A stretch of 64,000 nucleotides of DNA from Blepharisma stoltei ATCC 30299 (lineage: Eukaryota; Protista; Ciliophora), in the NCBI GenBank assembly GCA_965603825.1, contig CBFDEM010000015.1:630644-694643 (forward strand), in the 5' to 3' direction. A model generated the notes under the pieces. The model was not told the DNA's origin. It saw nothing but the letters and a program-made list of their open reading frames with translations, and made no database searches. A program made the position numbers and the translations under genes. Numbering within the stretch: the stretch's first letter is position 1; each line of letters begins with the position of its first letter. This document shows positions 50,400-61,385 of the stretch, piece by piece.

Positions 50400-51108
50400 C
50401 ATAGACAGCCACTCTTTTGCAGTGGCTTTATATGGAGTTTATAATATTATGAGAGAAAAAGAGATATCGAGCAGAATTTAAGGATTTTTAAAGATCAAGC
50501 TAACCAAAAATTTTCATTCGTAAGCTCTATGCAGCTTGATACATTTGGCCACCAAGATTCAAAAGAGTTTTTAGTGTGCCTTTTATCAACATTAGAAGAG
50601 CTTTCTAGCGTAAGTTTGTCAAATATCACTCCAATTCAAGAGTCTATATGCATGAGTTGTATAAAGTCCCTACCATAATCAAGAAAATCAAAGCTTTTTT
50701 ACGATTCCAAATAACCAAAAATCAAATCAGATGCATTTAAGAGACTTCAATGCAAGGTATAGAATTTTAGAGGAGATAATATACTCCATTGTCAATTTTG
50801 TGAATCTCTGAGGAATATAAGTATTAAAACTAAGAGAATTTTATTCTGAAATGCTAATTTTTTATCTGCCAGCTTATAAAAATTTTCCTAATGCCAAAAT
50901 TGAGGGAAAACTGAAGTTAGAAGAGTATGAATTCAGTCTCTATGGTTTTATATGAAGCTATGGCTCTGGAAATATTGGGCATTATACAACTCATATTAAA
51001 GATGGGAATGTTTGGAGATTATATAATGACTCAACTGTAAGTGATAAAAGCTATGATGCAGGAAATAGCTATTTAGTTTTTTATTTATTAAATAAGTCGA
51101 GGACTTAA
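50400..51108 (+). pseudogene. USP pseudogene lacking the Cys box
   Basis: Family intron GTAAGCTCTATGCAG at 50520-50534, HQDSKE, SLYGFI..GHYTTH..WRLYNDS..YLVFY. Frameshifts present and no upstream GNTCY. Confidence 0.75.
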
Positions 51109-51302
51109 AAAATCCATAAATAATTTCAGTTAATTTTGTATCGTATAATGTAAATTTTCTTTTATTTCAATTATAAAAGAATTAACTTAAATTAACAGGA
51201 TATATCCTTTGCGAATTAGAAAAATAAATACTCATGCGCAAGGTTTAGCATATAACTATTTATTGAAATCTAGTTCCATTATTAAAATTTATAGAAATCA
51301 AA

Positions 51303-51743
51303 ATGCAACGACTTATGGACGAGTTTATCAATCTGCAAGACAGACCAGAACCTTATATCACTATAAACATAATAAATCACTCATTTTACAACTGAAAAGG
51401 AACACTTAATGGCCCTGATGGAACCCCATACGAAGGTGGCCTATTCGAGTTCGAAATTACATTTCCACCAAATTTCCCAACAAGTCCTCCTGAATTTCTT
51501 TTTAAGACGCCAATTTTTCATCCAAACATTAGATCTGATGGGCACGTTTGTTGTGAAATCTTTTCAAATGCCTGAAACCCAAAAGTCCCTGTTAGAAACA
51601 TCATTTCGTATGCAGTAGGATTATTAAATGAGCCTGAACCAAGAGCAGGATACCAAGGACCTGCCACAGAATTATGCTTGAAGAATCGAGAAGATTTTAA
51701 TAGGGAAGCAAGAAGATGGACTTTTGAGCATGCAATGGGGTAA
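51303..51743 (+). CDS. Divergent E2 conjugating enzyme (146 aa)
   Basis: MQRLMDEF..W(TGA)KGTLNGPDGTPYEGG..FPTSPP..FHPNIRSDGHVC..W(TGA)NP..EARRWT. Missed by the ORF track. Confidence 0.93.
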
Positions 51744-52660
51744 AAGGACAATTAAGATAATAAATTCTAGTAAATCTTAAGAATTTTTAATTATCATTTT
51801 AAAATGTTTAGTAAGAGGTCTTAAGGTTATATAAATTGCAAAATACGAATACAGTGCAAAACGTATCACTGTTTTGAAAGACGATAAGTGATTAACTAAA
51901 AGCATTAAACTTATAAAATTAGAGTAAAAGAGTCCAGCACAGATAGTAAGATTTACATATATTTCTGCAAGAGCATTGCTTGTCTTGGTCGGATAAGATA
52001 TTAAATATGAGCATCTGATCTTTAATCATATATTCAAAATTTAATTATATCAATGATAAAGGTAATTAGAATTGGCCTATATAATAAGAATGAATAAAAC
52101 TTATTTAGATTTTTACTCCTTAATATATTGCTTTAGAAAACCGTATATTGATTAAGTTCTTATTTTGTTAGGCATAATCTAATAATTTGAAATCAGCTAG
52201 AGAAATTGGAGTTGCAAATACTGGGTCCCTTAAGTTTGCGAATGCCTACTATATTTGGAATTTTCATATTGTCTATCGTTCATCAGCTAAAAGTTAAAGC
52301 CAATTCTCAGGCACAGCTAAAGTCAAATAATTGTATATGCTATAAAGGGCACAATTTCTAAACTAAACCCTAATTCTAAATTTAATTACTGATTCTATAT
52401 CATTCAAAAATATATAATTTTTATCAATCAAAGCTGATTGGCAAGCCACTTAAAATGCATCCATAGCTTAGACTTAGAAAGAAATCCTGTGCTTCTTGAG
52501 GGCTTTAGTCAAGAGAAGTTATCTAAAATGAAATTTGTAGAGTTCAGAAAGTCTTTTCAGAAAATCAGATTTGACAGTGAATCTTAATGTAAATATAAGC
52601 ATAAATCAAAGCAATATTATGCTAAAATAAATTATAGAATCATAATTATTTCCTTAGAAA

Positions 52661-54583
52661 ATGTCTGACGCACGAGTTTGAAAATTTTGCATCGCAGTCA
52701 ATCTCACTTATTCCCTTAAACAATTTATCAATTTCGAAACCAATCTGTTGCTGTCTGAAACCTTAAATCAGGTACTAAATTCCTTACAATGAGATGAACA
52801 AAATCAAAGGGAGCTAGCCTTTTTACGAGATGAGCTAGACCAAGTTTTAATAGATAATAGCTGAACTATTTCATGCATTGAAAAAGATCTTATTGATTTA
52901 CCATTACAACAAAAGATCTTCTGTGCTGCTGATAAAATAATGATTTTAAAAGATCTTCCATCGAGAATTTGCTCAATTAAAATAAAAGAAAATGAAAATA
53001 GCTATTTTCTTGTCGCAGCGCTTTTAGAAAATGGCAAAGCACTTTATCATTGGAAAGATGAAGATTGATACAAAATTGGGTTTGATAAGTCCATGCCTGA
53101 TGAACCGCATTATTTTTACTTTTGCGAGGCTCCTCTACATGATATAGAGCGGATTTTAAACTCTAAATGCTATGAAAAAATATATTCGCTGCTTAGAGAC
53201 TCGCATACCGAAAATGAGTCTCTACTAGATATTAGTGAAGCATCTGAAATAAACCAAAGAGCTAGCATAGATGAAAGTAAAGAAAGCAATGAAATTATTG
53301 AAAAAGGGGTAAAAGATACAAAAAATCAAGAATTACAAACTGAAATTGACAATGAGCAAGTCTGCAAACTTAAGCTATCAATTAAAAATTTACAGCAAAA
53401 TGTAAAAAAACTCGAAGGTTCAAATCAGAAATCGCAAAACCTAATAAATTCTTTGAAACATGAAATTCATGAGCTTAAGGAGCAAAGAAAAGCCTCAGAA
53501 GATATAAAAAATAAATATGAATCGGAAATCGCTAACCTTGAAAAAGAAAAGAAAGAAATGCATGACACCATTCAGCTCCTTCATAATCAAGGACAACAAA
53601 TGAGCGCGGGCCATAATTTCCAACTAGTCCAATTGGAAAAATTAAATCACGATTTAGTTTATGAGAATGAATCATTAAGAGAAGAATGCAGAAAACTTAA
53701 AGAAAGTCAAATAATTGAGCTACCTCCCAATCGTAAGCACGGCCTTCCTAATTTAGGAAACACCTGCTATTTGAATTCTCTTTTACAAATATTTTCGAGT
53801 ACTCCTGCCTTTGAGGCTGCACTTCAAAGTTTAACCCAGCCATTTTCAAAATCTCTTAAAGACCTTTTGCTCAATATGAAAAAGGACAACAGCCCTCGGA
53901 CTATTGGAGGCTTGACAAAGTTATTTTTATCAAATCTGGTGCAAAATTATCCGTTTGTAAAAGTTATTTAGCTTGTAGCTTACACTCAGCAAGATCCTAA
54001 AGAAGTTTTGAATATGATTTTAAGCAAATTAGGAGAAGAACAAAGGAATTTTGATATTTTTTCAATTGTTTTTGAGCAAAACCTAATATGCAGTAAAAAG
54101 CACAAATCAGCTTATTCAGATGTCAGCTCATTTTTAGTAATTCCTCCACAATATAAAGAATACCCAGAGAATTTTATCCTCAGCAAAATTAATAATCCTT
54201 CAAAGATTAAATCATTTTGCAGTCCATGCAAAAAAGAAGCTGATATTAGCATTTCTGCGACTCTACCCGTCTACCCACAACATCTTATCTTTTATTTTCC
54301 AGCTTCTCCTCAGGCTCTAAAACCTTATATTCATTTTAATAAAAACAATTGATATGAATTATATGGAGCTATTTGCTATTATCAAGAAGAAAGCTTTCAT
54401 TATACTGCATTAACTAAAGATGGAGTTGATTGAAATGAGTATAATGATGAGCACGTTGAAGCTAAAAGCATAAACCCATCCCTAGTATTTTTAGCATTTT
54501 ATTCTAAAGCACCTCCATCAATTCCTGGTACAAAGGCTGCTCCCATCCCTACATCTGTTAAAAAAAAGGAGAAATGATTCTAG
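52661..54583 (+). CDS. USP protease: degenerate USP-like N-terminal domain, coiled coil, active USP
   Basis: ATG at 52661 in frame via TGAs. GLPNLGNTCYLNSLLQ, QQDPKE, FHYTAL..W(TGA)NEYNDE. Intron at 53957-53971. Confidence 0.85.
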
Positions 54584-54627
54584 CGTATATTTCGCATTAC
54601 TTTCTATAATAATTATTTTAGAATAAA

Positions 54628-55065
54628 TTAAACTGCATACATATGCGTCCACATCCTAGCTATTCTTTCATATTCCTCTTTATCAGCGCTTCTGACTGCA
54701 GTTGCATCATTAAGGTATCCATCCTCAGTGCTAGGTTCACTCATCAGCACACAAATGCTATCAAGGATCGATTTTACTGTTGTTGTGCTTTGCCACTTGT
54801 AATTAAGCAGCATTGTGCAAGCTTTGCCGTTCGAGTCCACGTTTGGATGGAAAATAATCGTTTTGAAGTAAAACTCTGGAGGACTTTGAGGGAAATCTTG
54901 AGGGAAAAGAATCTCAAATTGGAATCTTCCGCCTTCAAAAGGAGTTTCTGGTGGGCCTATTAGTACCCCACCTCAGTGATAGAAATCATTGTTGATTAAA
55001 TAAACTAATAAACCGTCAGTTGGATCTTCACAAAATTTTGCGAAATCGGCCTGGAGCTTTTGCAT
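54628..55065 (-). CDS. Divergent E2 conjugating enzyme (145 aa)
   Basis: MQKLQADF..W(TGA)GGVLIGPPETPFEGG..FPQSPP..FHPNVDSNGKAC. Divergently paired with the E1 across about 320 bp. Confidence 0.93.
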
Positions 55066-55387
55066 ATATGTAGAATTATAAATAATAATTTTTTGCATTA
55101 GGGCCATAAAGAAATTAAAAAGTTTAAAATAAATGAATTAGGAAATGCATCTTGTGTTTTTATTGCTTCATTCTTATATGATAGAGTCTTCATGTCTTTC
55201 GCTAACTATTTTTCTATTTATCCAGAAATTGCTAAATTAGTCTTAAGTCCCTTAATATTTCTGGACTCAGGAATTTTGCCTAAGCTGATTTTCCCATAAA
55301 CCCATCCTTACTTTACCTCGTTGCTCATATTTTCATCTTTATTCACACTTTTAACTGAGAACTAAGGATTCTACATTTTTGTTAATA

Positions 55388-58300
55388 ATGTCAAGTCAAG
55401 ATCATCTCTATTCGCGCTCAATCGCTGCTATTGGTATGACGACTCAAAAAAAGCTTTTCACCATCCGAGTCTTGATTTCTGGTCTCCGAGGAGTCGGTCT
55501 AGAAATCGCTAAAAACTTGATCTTAGCTGGTCTCAATACAGTAACTTTGCATGATGATTCTATAATTTCGCTTTATGACTTAGGGACCAACTTTTACATA
55601 AGCGAGTCTCATATAAACCAAAACCGAGCTGAATCAGTTGTCTCCAAACTCCAAGAACTCAACCCAAACGTCTCAGTAAACATCCATAAAGGAGAAATTA
55701 CCCAAGAAGTTATTTCTCAACACTCATTGGTGCTTCTTACAGAAAGTGATGGCGCCACGCTCAGAAGGGTGAATTCCATTTGCAGAGAGCTAAGTCCTCA
55801 AGTAGGTTTTGTGTCTGTTGAAGCCTGAGGAGTAGCTGGGCACATTTTTGTGGATTTTGGGGACAATTTCGAAGTTTCTGATAGAAATGGGACAGACCTG
55901 AAGAGTTATTTGATTACCAATATAAGCAAAAGCAATCCTGGAGTAGTAATGATAGATGAGAAGCAAAGGCAAATGCTTCAGAATGGAGAATATGTAAGGT
56001 TCAAAGAAGTGGAAGGAATGACTCCTCTTAATGATGGCAGAGAACGAATGGTGACTTATATAGACCAGCACAGCTTTTCAATAGATGAAGATACCACAGA
56101 ATACCCAGATTATGTAAAATATGGAATCGTTGAAGAGGTCAGAAAACCTTTCCATTATGATTTTCGGCCTTATGAAGTTTCTATTAAAAATCCTGAAGAA
56201 TTAAAGCCTTTCATACAGTCTGATTACTCAAAAGAAAACAGGCCTCCTCATCTACATTTAGCTATGCTTGCTATCAGAAAATTCCAAGAAGTTCATGGAT
56301 TTCTCCCTGAAGTCCACAATGAAGACCACGCAAATCTCTGTGTGATTTATGCAAGGGAAATCAGAGAGGTTTCTTCACAAGAGTTTGGCATAGATGCAAT
56401 TGATGAATCCATCATCAAAAACGTCGCGAAGTATGCAAGACTGCAAATTCCTCCAGTTACTTCAATATTTGGAGGAATTGCGGCTCAAGAAGTCATAAAA
56501 TTCACTGGAAAATTTACTCCAATCCAGCAGTGGTTTCATATAGACTGGTTTGAGCTAATCCAGCCAACTGCAAGCATTGTTGACTCAAGGTATCATGATC
56601 TCCAAGCCATTATTGGAGAAGAAGGAGTCAATAAGCTTAAATCAGTCAATTTATTTATGGTCGGGTCTGGGGCTTTGGGATGTGAATTGCTAAAGCTTTT
56701 TGCATTGTCTGGAATTTGCTGTGGGTCTGGAGAACTTACTGTCACTGACGACGATAACATAGAAGTCTCCAATCTGACGAGACAGTTTTTATTCAACATG
56801 ACTAATGTGGGACAATCCAAAAGTGAATGCGCCACAAGGATAGCGAAAATTATGAACCCAGAAATTAACGTCACTGCTTTGAAAAACAGAGTTTGCCCAG
56901 AAACAGAAAACTTGTTTAACGATAGGTTTTGGGGGAAATTAAATGCAGTTTTTGGGGCTGTGGATAATGTACATGCACGAGTTTATGTAGATTCTAAATG
57001 TGTTTGGTATAAAAAGCCACTCTTTGAAAGCGGAACAGAAGGGACAAAAGCGAATTCTCAAGTAATCATTCCGTTTTTAACTCAAACATATTCAGATATT
57101 CCACAAATGTCTGAAGAGAAAATCCCTGAGTGTACTTTAAAGTCTTTTCCATATGCAATTTCTCACTGTATTGAGTGGTCTCGAGAAAAATTGTCAGATT
57201 ACTTTACTTCTGGCCCTGGAGAGCTAAATAAGTACTTGGAAAACCCTGAGGCTTATATGCAAAAACTACGAAGCATGAGGAACGCTGCAATGCAAGTTAC
57301 CCAGCTAAAGCAGCTAAAAGAATATTTAGAGCTTTCTAAAATAAGCAGCTTTGACGATTGTATTGCTGTCGCAAGACAAAAACTTAATGAGCTATTTAAT
57401 GAAGAAATTAGATCATTATTACATCAATTTCCCCCTGATGCAAAATGGTCAGAAGGTGGCGATTTTTGGTCAGGAACCAGGAGATTACCTGAGCCTTGCA
57501 TTTTTGACACAGAAAAAGAAGATCATATAGGATTTATAGAAGCTTATGCAAATTTGGTAGCCTTTAACCTTAACATTCCACAGAATAGAGACAGGAATTA
57601 CATAAAAGAAGTGGTGTCTAAGGTCCAAGTTAGGGAGTTTGTCCCAAGAAAAGTCTATATACAATTAGAAAATAGCGAGGATCAGCAGCCGCAACCAACA
57701 GGAGAAACTGACATAAAATTAAGAGAAGAATTGCTGAGCTGGACTGAAGGATTTTCATTAGAAAATGCCAAGCCTATGACACCAATTGCATTTGAAAAAG
57801 ATGATGATACTAATTTCCACATTGATTTTATCCACACTGCTTCAAATTTGAGGGCAAATAATTACAAAATTTCAACTATAGAAAGGCACAAAACCAAGGT
57901 TATTGCTGGAAAAATCATCCCAGCTCTTGCAACTACAACTGCAGTTATTGCGGGAATCGGGGTAGCTGAATTTATTAAATATACTCTTGAGTTAGAATTA
58001 GAAAAAATGAGGGATAGCTTTATGAACTTGGCGAGTCCGTTTATCCTTTTCCCAGAACCTCGGCCTGCAATAGTGATTAAATCTGTTGAATATGATGAAA
58101 TTTTAGCTGCTCCCAAGAGGGCATATAATGACGGCTTTACCAAATGGGACGATATTGTCATTGATGGGCCTTGCACAATGGGAGAGCTAGTTGACACTTT
58201 GAAAGAAAAATACAAGGTTTCCCCATTGCAGATTGCCTGTGGAAAGTTCTGCTTGTTTAATCAATATTCAAGAGATAATAAAGATGAGCTACTTAAAAGA

Positions 58301-58441
58301 GAAGTTTATGAGCTATACAAAGAAATTAGTGGAGACAAAACAGAGGGTAAAACGTCGGTTGGTCTCATATTATTTGCAGTCTCAGTTGAAGATAAAGCTC
58401 AAATGATGCTTCCACCTTTGAAGTATATTTTCAGTCATTAA
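55388..58441 (+). CDS. Monomeric E1 activating enzyme (UBA1/UBA6/UBA7-type architecture), divergent
   Basis: LYSRSI, GLRGVGLEIAKNLILAG, VGSGALGCE, SNLTRQFLF, DNVHAR, ESGTEG, catalytic IPECTLKSFP, FEKDDDTNFHIDF, AGKIIPALATTTA and a C-terminal UFD. One TGA=Trp at 55826; 1017 aa. Confidence 0.95.
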
Positions 58442-58574
58442 CATTTAATTAAAATATATCGAAGTATTATTTCGCTTATTATTAGTTTAAATATTTAACA
58501 ATTTATAAAGATAGAAAATTAGATCATTTATTTTCCATTTTTACTTAATTTTATTAATTAATTGTAGATTTGAA

Positions 58575-60605
58575 ATGAAAATTCCTGAGGATCAGAAATA
58601 CTGAGATTTATGCGCATCTATTTGCTTAATTAATACTATATCAGAATATCTTCATAATGATGAAGATCAAATTAGCAGTTTAATGCAAATAGAGCAAGCT
58701 CTAAAAGATTCTCAAAAATTTAACTTGAAAGAAGAATCAATAAAACAGCTGTGAGATCATACTGAAACGAAAAAAGATAGCATTTGAAGCTGGCTCAACA
58801 TTATTTTGGATGGTTGTTATCTATGAAATTTGCTTTTTTATCGAGAAGAAAATACAACTTATATTTCTTCATTAAATTATTGAAAGTTAGCCTGAGGGGA
58901 ATATATGAAAAATAAGTCTGCTTACTTAGCTTGTATCAGCAGTACAGATAAGCCTAAAGTCTTATTAGAAAATAGCTATGGTAAATTCTTGCTGGTGTTA
59001 GCATTTTCTAATTCTGAAAAAATTATGTATTATTTTAAGAAAAATTCATGATTTGCGTTAGGGAATAGAGAAGAAAGCATGGTAACTTTTCTCCCTGATA
59101 TGTATTTATTGTACATAAGAACGGAAGATTGTCAATTTCACGAAGATATTAATTACGCTGAACAATTTTTGATTTTGAATAGCATGGATAACCTATCAAT
59201 TTTTTCAAAATTGGAACATTCATATTATTCTGAGCGATATGAGAAATCAAGAGACATAGAGACATTGACTAACGAAAATGATATTCTTAAAAAATCGCTC
59301 AATAAAGAAGCACATAAATATTCGGAGAGACTTGAGAATCAAGAAAGAGATATAGAAAGATTGACTGCTGAGAATGAAACTCTTAACAAATCAGTAAATG
59401 AAGCTTCAGGTGCAATGTCAAAACAAAAATCTGAAATTGAAAAACTTAAAAATGAAATTTCTAATTTAAAACAGCTATTAAATAATAAAGAAAGAGAAGC
59501 AGAAAATCTAGAAAAAGCTAATAAAGCATTGGAATCTGAGCTCAACAAGCAAAAGCAAAGCAATAACTCGCTCCAAAGTGAATATGATAAGTTAATGCAG
59601 TATAATAATAATTTATCTTCGAAAAACAAAGAGCAAGTGCAATCCGAGCTTGAAAAGTTTTATAGCAAGATAAATCAAGCCTGTGATGAACTTAATCAAG
59701 GCATAATCTCAACAATTCATTGTCCAGAAGCTGAACTAGTTCGTAAAGATCACACCCTCAAACAGTATGACCTTTCAGCAAGTTCTCATTTGAAAGAATC
59801 AAAAACTTCTATATTTCCTAATATTAAACAGGGAATTCCCAATCTCGGAAACACTTGCTATTTGAACTCAGTTTTGCAAATCTTCGCAAGCACAAATACG
59901 CTTTTTGAATTTATTGGTACAAAAGAGGATAGCTTGTCAATAGCCTTATATAATGTTCTTTTAGCTATTCGAATGGGAAGCTTTGAAGCATTAGTAAGAT
60001 CATTAAAATCAGAGATTGACGCAGTCTTTCCGATGTTCTTGCATGGAGAGCAACAGGATGCAAAAGAACTACTCGTAACACTATTTGATCATACTTTAGA
60101 TGCAAGAGCAAAATCATTATTCTCTTTTTGCTACCATGAGAAGCTGCCTTGCGATAACTGCGGAAAAGTATCACTTCTAATAAGGGAGGAAAATTTACTT
60201 CTTATTCCAAGCCATGAAACAAGTATTACATCTTTTCTTAATAAAATAACAGAACCAAAAAGCATTCAAGGTCAAGGACTGAAATGTGAATCATGCAATC
60301 AATTTTCAATTTTTAAAACAGAAATCACTAGTATTGAGTCTCCACATTACTTAATTTTCTACTTGTCTAGGTCAGAAAATGGAAACCCAAGGCCTTATAA
60401 TTTTTTAGAAGAGACTTTAACATTAAATAGCCAAACTTACTGCTTGTATGGAGTTATTTGCTATTATAAGAATGGAAATGGAGGGCACTATACAGCATTT
60501 ACAAGGGATGGAGACCAATGGAACAATTATAATGACAATATTGTTGGAATTAAAACCTTTGACCAAAATGATGCTTATTTAGCTTTTTATTCAGTAATAT
60601 CTTAA
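58575..60605 (+). CDS. USP protease: degenerate USP-like N-terminal domain, coiled coil, active USP (intronless)
   Basis: ATG at 58575 in frame through several TGA. GIPNLGNTCYLNSVLQ, FPMFLHGEQQDAKE, GGHYTAF..WNNYND, AYLAFY. Confidence 0.88.
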
Positions 60606-60954
60606 CTCATCATTTAGCTAAAATTAATTTAATTCCTACGTTAAAATATTTTGGCACATATATAATATTAAAGGCTCAAAAGGCATTACAACTCTTTTAA
60701 AAAAATAAGTATAAAAAATTTGGAGCAAGTTATGGGTTTCTTTTTTATTATGCATCAATAGCCTAAAAAAAACGCTACTATGTCACTTAACCAATGTCTG
60801 TTAAGGCATTAAAATATTTAGTTTTGTCATCTAGTGCTGTTGAAGGCAATCCATCAAATTACAAATTTGAATGCCTACCAAGTTTACCAGCATATGACAA
60901 TAAAATCAAATTGCAATTGCCTTTTAAATTAATCATTAATTTAATAATTTAATG

Positions 60955-61211
60955 AAAATTTTATTCAATATTTAAAATAGAACAGCCATGTAATGAATAT
61001 ATAAAATTATTTTAAGAATATAAAGGAATACTTCTGTATAGATAGAGAATTCCAATTGAAATTAATAATAAAGAATTTAATGTATCTTTGAAAAATAATT
61101 CAAAAAAATCGCTTTTATCCAAATCAATAGCAAATATAAAGAATATTTATTCCTATATAAAAATTCAATAAAATAAGGGCTAGACTCTTAAAAAATGCAA
61201 ATATATATTCC
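60955..61211 (+). repeat. Non-coding repeat copy 2, similar to 29905-30185
   Basis: Collinear shared blocks with the region upstream of USP 30388. Confidence 0.7.
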
Positions 61212-61385
61212 TTATATTTATTCCTCCTTTATTGTATAACAAATAAACTTGATCAAAATAATCATAATAAATTAGTGAGTCTCCAATTCGCCTCCAGACT
61301 GTATCATTTGACAATTCACTTTCATAGATTGATCCACCACATTCAATTAAATACAGTCTCTCTGCGCTTATAAGAATATTTGCAT

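Larger units (their letters stand above)
24534..58569. promoter_or_regulatory. Recurrent T[AG]TAGA[AT] motif within about 35 nt upstream of the ATG of most cluster genes (dispersed sites)
   Basis: Examples: 24534, 30371, 31668, 33249, 35965, 36529, 43285, 51290, 58563; inverted relative to the gene at 55069 and 55369. Confidence 0.55.

Noticed and set aside
54575-54583. TGA two codons before TAG as evidence for a context-dependent UGA stop
   Set aside because: A single case, equally compatible with a Trp-Phe-stop ending; it needs ribosome profiling.
239-60174. Many short antisense or alternative-frame ORFs in the track (e.g. 2100-2363, 4421-4774, 16995-17528, 34708-35082, 56593-56874, 57862-58215)
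   Set aside because: They are shadows of well-supported genes on the other strand or frame and have no motifs.
6227-60605. In-frame TGA codons as pseudogene lesions or selenocysteine
   Set aside because: They fall systematically at conserved Trp positions, so code reassignment explains them.
23477-60605. Bacterial Bil/CBASS-type operon or horizontal transfer from bacteria
   Set aside because: The genes have spliceosomal introns, a eukaryotic multidomain E1, USP (not JAB) proteases and mixed strands. The resemblance is only functional analogy.
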